From NCBI GenBank assembly GCA_048267165.1, contig JBLWYD010000001.1, positions 73-64,072 on the forward strand: a DNA stretch of 64,000 nucleotides, read 5' to 3'. This DNA comes from Bacteroidota bacterium. Lineage in GTDB: Bacteria; Bacteroidota; Ignavibacteria; Kapaibacteriales; UBA2268. The position numbers and the translations under genes are program-made. Under the pieces are notes generated by a model. That model was not told the DNA's origin, did not search any database, and saw only the letters and a list, made by a program, of their open reading frames with translations. Position 1 is the first letter of the stretch; each line of letters opens with the position of its first letter. Below are positions 37,983-46,984 of the stretch, in pieces.

Positions 37983-38521
37983 GTGTTGCGTTATGCTCTT
38001 ATACTATGTATGAGCTGCCCTGTGATGGCGAATTACTAATAGTCTCGGAGAGAATTGCTCTTTCGCAAGTTGGTGTAAGAGAGGTCGGTAACAACCGAGG
38101 GGAAGTTGCGAAATACCTTGCCTCAGTTGGCTTGGGCGAAGGTCATCCCTACTGTGCGGCTGGTGTTTATTGGTGTTTTAGCGAGGCATCAAACGAACTG
38201 AAAATGAGTAATTCTGCAATCCCAATAAAACGAACGGCCGTTGCAAATGGAGTGATGAACGACGCTATTCGACGTGGTAAATTAGTTGAAAAACCAATCA
38301 CCAGACACGACCTATTAGTATGGAAATCGAAGTCTAGTTGGCAAGGTCATATAGAAAGAGTAATAGAAACAAAGAGCAAGGGAATAGTCAAAACTATTGC
38401 TTTCAATGTGAAGCTAAAAGACGGCGAGGGTGTTGGTATAAAGACGAGATACCTAAGCCATCCTCTCGGCAAACTTATGCTCAGAGGTGTTGTAAAATTC
38501 GAGGTAAAAGATGATAATTAG
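37934..38521 (+). CDS. CHAP/NlpC-P60-like cell-wall hydrolase with an N-terminal hydrophobic anchor (endolysin-like)
   Basis: GHPYCAAGVYWCF is a catalytic Cys context and WQGHIERV a His context. The N-terminus is FISAWRLFSAILLSVALCS. Confidence 0.55.
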   Translation: MRWFISAWRLFSAILLSVALCSYTMYELPCDGELLIVSERIALSQVGVREVGNNRGEVAKYLASVGLGEGHPYCAAGVYWCFSEASNELKMSNSAIPIKRTAVANGVMNDAIRRGKLVEKPITRHDLLVWKSKSSWQGHIERVIETKSKGIVKTIAFNVKLKDGEGVGIKTRYLSHPLGKLMLRGVVKFEVKDDN

Positions 38522-38849
38522 ACTAATGAATAATCACTCTGCGAACACTTATTTCTCGAGTAAATGGGTTGATGTAGCACCTGATATGAAAGGGCGAAAC
38601 GAGAAAGTAGTTTCGCTCCAAATTAGCTGGTCAGGAATAGCAGGGCCAATGACTGGACACCTAATGCTAATTGGCTCGAACGACCAGAGCAACGCTGGCT
38701 ACAGAAAAATGTATAGGATAAACTCACCGAATAATTTCGATGATTCGGAACTAATAGTAATCAGACAAGTTTTCAAATTTTTCAAAATTGAATATATACC
38801 AGTAGGCATAATCGCCGGTCAGATTAGCGCCCATCTATATTACAAATAA
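38511..38849 (+). CDS. hypothetical phage-region protein
   Basis: ORF only; it overlaps the upstream gene by 11 nt. Confidence 0.4.
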   Translation: MIIRLMNNHSANTYFSSKWVDVAPDMKGRNEKVVSLQISWSGIAGPMTGHLMLIGSNDQSNAGYRKMYRINSPNNFDDSELIVIRQVFKFFKIEYIPVGIIAGQISAHLYYK

Positions 38850-38858
38850 GGAGACGAT

Positions 38859-40169
38859 ATGCCATTTAGTTATTTCCCACCATTGCCCGAAAATATATGG
38901 GGTAATATAGACGGAAACATAGAGCTACAATCGGATCTTTTAGATTTGATTGATAGCAAATTAGTAGAAATAAACAATAATGAAAACCTACTCATCAACC
39001 CAAATTTCAGGATTTGGCAGAGAGTAGCGAATGAATTTGAGATAGTGAACCGAAGCAGACTATCTAACGTAGCTACGCTTGAAACGAGCATACCGCATGG
39101 CTATCAGACTGCTGATACCGTACAGACAACTCAGATGAGTGATAGTAGTTATGACGCTCCGAGCGGTGAAACTATAATTGTAGTCGATGATACTAGCTTC
39201 AGATATTACAGCACTGGGAGTGATGAATCGGAGACAGCAGAAGTGGATGGTAAATGTGTGCTTATTAACCGCACCTCGATTGTGGCGACTGACGCCGCTT
39301 TCACAGCGGATAGATGGATAGCAATTAGTGATGCGAATACGTTAATAGCCACGCCCGAATCCCCAACTGGGATGCTGATAGAGTCGGTGGATGATACTAA
39401 ATTTGGGTTATTGCAGATAGTTCCAATTCTATATCTGAAAGCTTTTCTTGATGGGAAATTCTCAGCTTCTATTAGTCTTTCGAGTGATAATAATGCGACA
39501 GCGAAAGTCGCAATACTTTCATGGAATGGGATAAGCGACTCAACTACTAACGACGCTATCAGTAGTTGGAATAGCGATGGGACTAACCCCACACTCGCTA
39601 CTAATTGGCACTATGAGGGTGTGTCGGATTCAATTGAATTGACTACAACTCCAACTACTCTAAAATTAGAAGACATAGAAATAGCTACGATTGACGTTAC
39701 GAATATAGCAGTATATGTGTGGTTCGAGGGTGTTACTTCTGACGAGAAAATAATGATAGATGAAGCCCAATTATTAGTTAGTAGTACTGCCTTAGAATTT
39801 ACTCCAAACACCTATCAATTTGATATGGACGAGTGCCAGAAATTCTACCAAAAGAGCTATGCCAATCAACATTCTCCTACAACTATCAGCAATTCTGGTA
39901 AAGTGGTTTTCCCTACTTCATTCGGGACGGATAGCGGTGGTGCTTTCGGTACGGTGAGCATTAGCCCAATGTATAGACCGCCACTCGTGGAGCTTATTAG
40001 TGCGAGTAATCCACCAGAATCAGGGAATTGGCAGGTCAGCACAGGGACGAATATAGCCGTGAGTGCAGAGAACATTTCAGAAAACTCATTCTCTGTCAAG
40101 AATGATGCAGGATTCACGGTGAGTACTAATTCAATTAGCGGGCATTATGTATGCTCTGCGGAAATCTAA
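38859..40169 (+). CDS. phage tail-fibre / receptor-binding-like protein
   Basis: The NLLINPNFRIWQR motif near the N-terminus resembles a motif I recall from phage tail-fibre proteins. The body is Ser/Thr-rich and beta-rich. Confidence 0.4.
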   Translation: MPFSYFPPLPENIWGNIDGNIELQSDLLDLIDSKLVEINNNENLLINPNFRIWQRVANEFEIVNRSRLSNVATLETSIPHGYQTADTVQTTQMSDSSYDAPSGETIIVVDDTSFRYYSTGSDESETAEVDGKCVLINRTSIVATDAAFTADRWIAISDANTLIATPESPTGMLIESVDDTKFGLLQIVPILYLKAFLDGKFSASISLSSDNNATAKVAILSWNGISDSTTNDAISSWNSDGTNPTLATNWHYEGVSDSIELTTTPTTLKLEDIEIATIDVTNIAVYVWFEGVTSDEKIMIDEAQLLVSSTALEFTPNTYQFDMDECQKFYQKSYANQHSPTTISNSGKVVFPTSFGTDSGGAFGTVSISPMYRPPLVELISASNPPESGNWQVSTGTNIAVSAENISENSFSVKNDAGFTVSTNSISGHYVCSAEI

Positions 40170-40170
40170 A

Positions 40171-40593
40171 ATGAGGAACAATATGAAAGACATAATACTG
40201 GTGATACTAGCTTTGCTGATAGGAATGGCTATCACAAAAATCTATTACCCAAATCAGATAATCAATCACTCGACTGACACTATTACCATAGTGCAAGAGC
40301 CAATAGTGATAGAAAAAATAAAGCCAAAGTTGATATACAAATCAGACACCGTCATACAAACGCATCCATTCACAGCTTGGGTGGATACTATCTACAAACT
40401 CGACACTATACAAGTAAGATACGACTATCCCGAAAACGAGATGAAATTGGCTATCCGAATGGCAACGGATACAGTTTATAAAGAACGAGAAATTGTAGTT
40501 AGTGAACTACAAAAAGAGCCGTGGTGGGAAGACCCACTAATAGCTACTGGTGGACTAGTACTAGGTTATTTATTATCAAACACGAGTAAATAA
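40171..40593 (+). CDS. membrane-anchored hypothetical protein (phage region)
   Basis: The ATG lies 1 nt after the previous stop. There is a single N-terminal TM, IILVILALLIGMAITKIY. Confidence 0.45.
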   Translation: MRNNMKDIILVILALLIGMAITKIYYPNQIINHSTDTITIVQEPIVIEKIKPKLIYKSDTVIQTHPFTAWVDTIYKLDTIQVRYDYPENEMKLAIRMATDTVYKEREIVVSELQKEPWWEDPLIATGGLVLGYLLSNTSK

Positions 40594-40594
40594 A

Positions 40595-41701
40595 ATGACA
40601 AATATATATAATGAAATAGTGAAACAGGGCAACGGATTCGGCTCTATAATGGACGCAATACCCAACCCCGATTCTATTCTTCGGAAATCGGGTAGCACCT
40701 ACGCAGGCTATCGAGATTTGCTTTATGACGCACATCTATGGAGTTGCGTGCAATCTCGCAAAAGCGGCACCTTATCAACGCAATATGAGGTATCTGGAAC
40801 AAACAGCGGCTTCATAACAGAAGTACTAAGCAAATTCGAAATACAGCAACTAGCGGAAGACATACTTGAATCGCTACTTTACGGATTCCAACCAATAGAG
40901 ATATATTGGAGAAAGGAAGGCGACTATATTCTACCCTACAAGGCAGTCTCAAAACCCCAAGAGCTATTCTACATAGACGCAGATGGAGAGCTGAGATACA
41001 GACCCAACGGACAGACAAAAGGCGTGAAATTACCCGATATGAAGTTCCTCGATATTCGAAACAAACCCAGCCATTCTGCACCCTATGGAACTGCTTTGCT
41101 ATCGAAATGCTATTGGCCGATAAAGTTCAAAAATGGTGGGATTAGGTTCTGGGTGAACTTTATGGAACGCTACGGAATGCCGCTACTAATAGGCAAATAC
41201 TCACGAGGAGCAAGCAAAGCCGAATCCGAAAGACTAGCCGAAGAGCTAGCAGGAATGACCGAAGACAGCGTAATAGTAACACCGAACGATATTGAAATAT
41301 CGATGGAAGAACCCCACCGCTATAGCTCCGTTCGGCTGTACAGCGAGATGATAAAACTATCAAACAGTGAGGTCTCGAAAGCGATACTCTCGCAGACGCT
41401 AACAACCGAAGTAAGCAGCGGTAGCAAAGCCGCAGCTGAAACCCACTATAAGATAAGAAACGAGATTGTAAAGTCGGATATGCGATTAGTCGAATCGGGC
41501 ATAAACACCCTAATCGGCTATATAATAAAGCTCAACTTTGGGCAAGTGGACGACACCCAATTCCGCTATATAACCGAGCAAGAGAACCTAGACACCAAGC
41601 TAGAGCGAGACCTAAAAATCCAACGCTTCGGCGGTATCACTTTTACTAGTGATTATTGGATAAAGCAATACGGCTACTCGAAAGAGGATGTGGTTGAGTA
41701 A
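40595..41701 (+). CDS. DUF935 (Mu gp29-like) portal protein, short form
   Basis: The N-terminal pattern NPDSILRKSG....YRDLLYDAHLWSCVQSRKSG is typical of DUF935. At 368 aa it is shorter than usual portals. Confidence 0.65.
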   Translation: MTNIYNEIVKQGNGFGSIMDAIPNPDSILRKSGSTYAGYRDLLYDAHLWSCVQSRKSGTLSTQYEVSGTNSGFITEVLSKFEIQQLAEDILESLLYGFQPIEIYWRKEGDYILPYKAVSKPQELFYIDADGELRYRPNGQTKGVKLPDMKFLDIRNKPSHSAPYGTALLSKCYWPIKFKNGGIRFWVNFMERYGMPLLIGKYSRGASKAESERLAEELAGMTEDSVIVTPNDIEISMEEPHRYSSVRLYSEMIKLSNSEVSKAILSQTLTTEVSSGSKAAAETHYKIRNEIVKSDMRLVESGINTLIGYIIKLNFGQVDDTQFRYITEQENLDTKLERDLKIQRFGGITFTSDYWIKQYGYSKEDVVE

Positions 41702-41926
41702 AAAGACTTCGAGTTGAAGCCCCCTTGAATATTAAGGGGGTTGGGGGGATTTATTAAGTTATTTTGTCTAAATCAGGATATACAAAATGGCACCTCATAC
41801 TGATTGAAGCCGATGTGAAGAATCCAGGTTAAAATAAAATTCCATTTGAAACCCTCTTACTTGTCCATGCTTATAGCTTGGCAGGCAAGACAAAGGCATG
41901 AAATTTTAAGGGGGTTAGGGCGATTG

Positions 41927-42014
41927 TCATTACGAGGACTCTGAGTGAAACGAAGAGGACGTGGTAATCTTTCTAAGTATAAACTAGAGATAGCCGCGCT
42001 TCGCTCGCTATGAC
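41927..42014 (+). repeat. family B intergenic repeat, inverted relative to the dnaK copy
   Basis: It aligns with the reverse complement of 8511-8598. Confidence 0.85.
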
Positions 42015-42029
42015 AAAAGTATATTCACA

Positions 42030-42058
42030 AAGACGCCTAGAAATATGCGTCTTTTTTT
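42030..42058 (+). terminator. family A hairpin (variant) plus T run
   Basis: AAGACGCCTAGAAATATGCGTCTTTTTTT is the reverse complement of the 5764/8466 hairpin with one mismatch. Confidence 0.6.
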
Positions 42059-42065
42059 GAAATCA

Positions 42066-44489
42066 TCACTCTTTCAAAAAACCGTATTCGTATATTTTTG
42101 GTTTGATTTTATCAGCTAGGAAGTTCAGCTTATCACGCAAATCGCCAATCAATTCCATATATTTTCCATCATCACTTTTGCTGTTCATTCTGCCTTTGGC
42201 ATTCCTACCTTGGAAGTGTGCTCTAATGTCATAGTAACTTGCATTTACGTTTACGTTTGGTTGGCTGTGGTAGTATTTCCATAGCTCTCTGCCTGCATCA
42301 AATACGGCTGTTGCTTCTTCTGAAAACTCTCTTTTAATAATTTGAGGTTTGTCTTTGCCAAACAAACTCGAATCGTTTTCTGTTTTTATTTTTCCGTTAA
42401 TAAAATCAGTCATAAAGCTACTTTCAAATCTATTTTGGGCGTTTACTTCTTGTTCGGTAAAAGGTATCCAGTGGTTGGTGCCTTCATCACTTGTAATTCT
42501 ATTTTGACCATGAAATAAAGTATAAGCCAAACAATCATTCTGAAATTCCTCATCAGTTTGCCAACCGTCAGTTGGAAAAAGGAATTGGTCTCTGTCATTG
42601 AGCCAATTGGCATTTATACTATGACGAACTGAAAGATAAATTGAAATTGGAATTAAATTTTGATCTATAATTCTTATTGCTCCACCTCGCGCCATTTGAT
42701 TTATTTTTATAAAAACTCTTGCTTGATTTTGAAAATCTGGAGGGTAATTCGAAAGTAAACCTATGTCGTCATCTCTATCACTTTGGTATTTAACAAACCA
42801 CTTATTTATACTTTTGGGCAAATTTCCATAGAAATTTTTAATCCCTGAATAGTTACCATTTTTATCATATATATCTGTTGAAATCGTGTCTATTTTTGAT
42901 TTTATTGAGGTATTCCAGATAGTAAATCCAATAGGGAATTTACCTTTTACATTATCAAATGTTTCAGCAGGTACAATAAAACCGCTTACATATTCAGCTA
43001 AAAAGAATTCTTTAAATTTTTTGAAATTTGACCCATTTATAAACTTCATTTTAGAGAATTGCCCTAATATACTACCTGGTATTCTTTCATAAATAATAGC
43101 CATAAATAGAGCAAAAATTTCATTAGTTGCACTGCTTATTTTAGGTTTAAAATAGTCATTTATTTTAAAGTTGGTAGTTACACCAGTTTTATTTTCTCCA
43201 GTTCCCGATACTGTTTTAGTTGAAGTTGCCTCCGCATACGGTGGATTAATATAAACTATAAGTTTCTTTCGTTTTTCTGGGTCGTTTATTATGTCTTGTA
43301 AGCTTTGTGGTAGTTTAGTAAAATCATCATTCAAGAAATCAAATTGGAAAACGTGGTTTTCTAATAGGTTTGCACCGTGGTCTATACGCTCATGCATTAC
43401 GTTTACATCGGCTTGGTCTAGTGTGCTAGCGTATATGTTGTATTTATTAGTCAAACCTACTAATAGGTTACCTGTACCTGCGGCACAATCCCATATATAA
43501 TAGTCGTCTTGCCAATCTTCGCCTAAGTAATCGGTTATGTATTTTTGTGATAATTCCACCCAAATACGAGGAGTGAAAAATGCACCCTTGCGTTCCCTAA
43601 TGTCTTGCGGTGCAAGTAAATCTCTACGCTCTATTATGTAATCTTGAAACTCCTTTATTGGTGGTCTTTTGTAGAGTTTCCAGAACTGCGAATAAGCATC
43701 TTTATTCCTGATGTTAATAGTAGCATCAAACATTTGTTTTATGTCTTCTTTGGCTATCTTATAGCCCTGATTTTGGAATACAATAAACAGATTATCCCTT
43801 ATAGTAGAATCATCAGAAATGTTTTGTGTGTCTTTGTCATCAACAAATATATCGGCAAGATAAAAATCACTATCATAAATATTCGCTTTTTTTAATTCAT
43901 CCCAATCAACGTCAATTATCGGTTTTACTATCTCAATCCAACGCAAATAGATGGGAATGAAGTTGTTTTTGTCTATTTTGATTTTACTTTTAGTAGTTGC
44001 TTTTGCAACATTATTTTTGATGAAAGTATTGAGCAACTTTTCATCTTTCTCGTAGTCAAAAACATAAGTTTTAGTTTTTAGAATAGCTACTATACGTTCT
44101 TTAATAAGCTGAAATTCTTTCGTTTCGTGATTACTTGGTGTCACGTTCCAATTAAAGTCGTTGAGATAGAAAATATCTTGAATATTTACATAGTCAACAA
44201 ATGCTATTTTTTTGAAATCAAACGCACCTAAAAAAGCAGGCGGCAGAGTCTTATCGAAAGTTCTTGCTTTACCAATAGTCAATATAAGTTGCACAAACAT
44301 AGTAGGAATATCATAATTTCCCGTTTTGGCTTCTGCCCACAATAGGGGTATTCTACCGAACACGCTGTCTTGTTTCGGAAAAACAGTAAAATCAATATTC
44401 CCGAGAATTTCGGTAGCGTCAAATTGCTTAAACCAGTCATAACCAACTTTATTTTTTAGTTCTTCTTCACGTATGTTATTATACTTCAT
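42066..44489 (-). CDS. solitary gamma-class N6-adenine DNA methyltransferase with a PD-ExK-like N-terminus (MmeI-like Type IIG/IIL candidate)
   Basis: GAFFTPRIWVEL + WDCAAGTGNLL serves as motif X/I, and VYINPPYAE is motif IV. The N-terminus holds D....PLLWAEAKTG. The protein is 807 aa. Confidence 0.75.
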   Translation of the reverse strand: MKYNNIREEELKNKVGYDWFKQFDATEILGNIDFTVFPKQDSVFGRIPLLWAEAKTGNYDIPTMFVQLILTIGKARTFDKTLPPAFLGAFDFKKIAFVDYVNIQDIFYLNDFNWNVTPSNHETKEFQLIKERIVAILKTKTYVFDYEKDEKLLNTFIKNNVAKATTKSKIKIDKNNFIPIYLRWIEIVKPIIDVDWDELKKANIYDSDFYLADIFVDDKDTQNISDDSTIRDNLFIVFQNQGYKIAKEDIKQMFDATINIRNKDAYSQFWKLYKRPPIKEFQDYIIERRDLLAPQDIRERKGAFFTPRIWVELSQKYITDYLGEDWQDDYYIWDCAAGTGNLLVGLTNKYNIYASTLDQADVNVMHERIDHGANLLENHVFQFDFLNDDFTKLPQSLQDIINDPEKRKKLIVYINPPYAEATSTKTVSGTGENKTGVTTNFKINDYFKPKISSATNEIFALFMAIIYERIPGSILGQFSKMKFINGSNFKKFKEFFLAEYVSGFIVPAETFDNVKGKFPIGFTIWNTSIKSKIDTISTDIYDKNGNYSGIKNFYGNLPKSINKWFVKYQSDRDDDIGLLSNYPPDFQNQARVFIKINQMARGGAIRIIDQNLIPISIYLSVRHSINANWLNDRDQFLFPTDGWQTDEEFQNDCLAYTLFHGQNRITSDEGTNHWIPFTEQEVNAQNRFESSFMTDFINGKIKTENDSSLFGKDKPQIIKREFSEEATAVFDAGRELWKYYHSQPNVNVNASYYDIRAHFQGRNAKGRMNSKSDDGKYMELIGDLRDKLNFLADKIKPKIYEYGFLKE

Positions 44490-44635
44490 CTGTCTTTTCT
44501 GTTATTGTTGGGCGTTGTCTTTTCATATTAGTTGCTAATATAACAATTATAACTTAAATCTGTGTCGGTGTTAGTAATAATAATTTGCCAAGCACAATTG
44601 CTGAGAGGAGACAAGTTAATGGATTCCGATTAAAT

Positions 44636-44718
44636 AATATTCAACTCCTGACGGAGTTGTAGGACTATTACTAATTGTTTTGCTACTAATGTTGAACTGC
44701 TACGCAGTTCTTTCTTGG
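44636..44718 (+). repeat. family D double-hairpin intergenic repeat
   Basis: AATATTCAACTCC-N4-GGAGTTG ... GCTACTAATGTTGAACTGC-N3-GCAGTTC aligns with 61172-61253. Confidence 0.85.
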
Positions 44719-44835
44719 ACTCTTCGAATGCTACGCATCCTCTGAGTGACGGATTATAACTCAAAAAACAATCCTACATTCCCCAACAATTCCATATATT
44801 GCAATGTCTTATTTCTTCATTACTTCAGGCAAAAA

Positions 44836-46941
44836 ATGAAATCATTACTCTTTGCACTAATAATACTGCTATCAATAAGCATAACAAACCAAGCAACAGC
44901 TGACGACAAACCGCTACAAGGACAAGCCAAAATCGACTCACTACTCGCTGAACTTCCCAATGCAAAGGGTGATACGAATGAGGTGAAATTGTTATATAAT
45001 TTAAGCTTTTACTTTAATTCTATTAATCCTGATATGGGAATAGTGTATGGAATGAATGGACTAAAATTGTCCAAAAATATTGATTGGAGAAAAGGACAAG
45101 CACAATGCTATAATTCTTTGGGTATAAATTATAAAGCCCAATCTAATAATCTCAAAGCATTAGATTATTTTAAAAAAGCATTAACAATTAATGAAGAATT
45201 GAGTAATAAAAATGGAATTGCAACTGTTCTTGGTAATATCGGGAATGTTTATTTTAATCTTACAGATTACCCCAAAGCATTAGAGTATTTTGGCAAAGCG
45301 TTGAAAATAGATGAAGAGTTGGGGGATAAAAATGGAGTAGCAAGACAATTGGGGAGTATAGGAAATGTTTATTTGTATCTATCAGACTATCCCAAAACAT
45401 TAGAGTATTATCAACAATCCTTAAAAACATATGAAGAGTTGGGGGATAAAAATGGAGTAGCAATTAATCTTGCAAACACCGGGAATATATATCTTTATTG
45501 GTCTAAGTATCCCAAAGCATTAGAATATTTTGGCAAATCTTTAAAAGTATATGAAGAGTTGCGGGACAAAAATGGACTTGCAAATAATCTTGGGAGTATA
45601 GGGATAATTTATTACTATCAATCAAATTATCCAAAGGCATTAGAATATTATGGTAAGGCATTAAAGGTAAATGAAGAGCTTGGTAATAAAGTTGGACTTG
45701 CAAATAATCTTGGAAATATGGGATTAGTTTATGATGTTCAGTCAAATTACCTCAAAGCATTAGAATACTATGGGAATGCATTAAAGATTTATAAAAAAAT
45801 TGGAGATAAAAATGGACTTGCAAATAATCTTGGAAATATGGGGCAATTATATCTATCAATCTCACAAGATAGTGTGAGTATTAAACCAAATGAATTAAAT
45901 GAGTTTGTGAGTTTAAATAAAAGCATTAATCTAAACAAATCAATCGAATATTCACTTGAAGCTATAAAAATATATGAAGAAATAGGGGAGCTGAATTCAA
46001 AAAGATTGTCAGTGAAAAGCCTTGCTGATGCTTACAAGCTAAAAGGTGACTACCTAAATTGGGGAGAAGCGCTTGAAGAACACCACAAACTGAAAGATTC
46101 TATATTCAATCAGGAAAATAGTGACAAATTAGACGCCCTCGAGAAAGCAAGAGAAGATGATGTAAACCGAATAAAAATAGAGAAACAGCAAGTACAGTTA
46201 GCTGCTCAGGAAAACGAGAAGATGTTTATCATATATTCTGGAATTGGTATTATTGCATTTGTTATAGCTATACTAATTCTTATCGCTTACCAAAGAAAGA
46301 AATCAGATAAGTTATTATATAACGTATTGCCAATTTCAATAGCCAAGAGACTGAAAAAGAAAGAGCATCCTATCTCTGACCATTTTGATCAGGCATCTAT
46401 TATCTTCATCGATATTGTTGGCTTTACAGCTATGTCAAAAAACTCTGACCCAACGGATATAGTAAAAGCATTGAACAAAGTATTCACCCACTATGATTCC
46501 ATTGCAAGCAAGCACGGATTAGAGAAAATCAAGACTATCGGTGATTGCTATATGGCGGCAGCTGGTATTCCTGTTATCCAAACAGACAATACTCTAAGAG
46601 CTGCTAGAATGGCAATAGAAGTAAGAGATTATATGGTTGATTATTATACTGACCATGGATTTAAACTTGATGTCAGAATAGGACTAGATTGCGGACCTGT
46701 AGTAGCTGGTGTAATAGGTGAGAAAAAATTCATCTATGACATGTGGTCTGATGCTGTGAACACAGCCAGTAGAATGGAATCAACAGGTCAATCCGGTAGT
46801 GTCCATATATCAGAAAGATTCAAAGAAGCAGTAGCTGAGTTTGACGAGTTTGAATTTATCGATAGAGGCGAAATGGAGATAAAGGGTAAAGGCAAGATGA
46901 GGACTTATTTCATTGAGGAGAGGAAAGCGGAAGTTGTCTGA
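44836..46941 (+). CDS. TPR-repeat sensor fused through one TM helix to a class III adenylate/guanylate cyclase domain
   Basis: The signal peptide is MKSLLFALIILLSISITNQATA. About 8 TPR units (YPKALEYFGKALKI.EELGDKNG) follow, then a coiled coil, the TM helix FIIYSGIGIIAFVIAILILIAY, and the cyclase motifs IFIDIVGFT, KTIGDCYMAA and YDMWSDAVNTASRMES. Confidence 0.85.
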   Translation: MKSLLFALIILLSISITNQATADDKPLQGQAKIDSLLAELPNAKGDTNEVKLLYNLSFYFNSINPDMGIVYGMNGLKLSKNIDWRKGQAQCYNSLGINYKAQSNNLKALDYFKKALTINEELSNKNGIATVLGNIGNVYFNLTDYPKALEYFGKALKIDEELGDKNGVARQLGSIGNVYLYLSDYPKTLEYYQQSLKTYEELGDKNGVAINLANTGNIYLYWSKYPKALEYFGKSLKVYEELRDKNGLANNLGSIGIIYYYQSNYPKALEYYGKALKVNEELGNKVGLANNLGNMGLVYDVQSNYLKALEYYGNALKIYKKIGDKNGLANNLGNMGQLYLSISQDSVSIKPNELNEFVSLNKSINLNKSIEYSLEAIKIYEEIGELNSKRLSVKSLADAYKLKGDYLNWGEALEEHHKLKDSIFNQENSDKLDALEKAREDDVNRIKIEKQQVQLAAQENEKMFIIYSGIGIIAFVIAILILIAYQRKKSDKLLYNVLPISIAKRLKKKEHPISDHFDQASIIFIDIVGFTAMSKNSDPTDIVKALNKVFTHYDSIASKHGLEKIKTIGDCYMAAAGIPVIQTDNTLRAARMAIEVRDYMVDYYTDHGFKLDVRIGLDCGPVVAGVIGEKKFIYDMWSDAVNTASRMESTGQSGSVHISERFKEAVAEFDEFEFIDRGEMEIKGKGKMRTYFIEERKAEVV

Positions 46942-46984
46942 AGTTTAGAGATGTATACAATACGTCTCTACAATTTCGCAACAC

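Noticed and set aside
37262-41701. I considered the prophage fragment as an intact, inducible prophage or a gene-transfer agent.
   Set aside because: There is no terminase, major capsid, protease/scaffold, tail sheath/tube, transposase/integrase or repressor. The portal is short and the gene order is inconsistent with Mu-like genomes.
44746-44835. The cyclase ORF has a 5' extension (MTDYNSKNNPTFPNN...).
   Set aside because: The extension runs through repeat-mosaic sequence, and it would bury the signal peptide that begins at the ATG at 44836.
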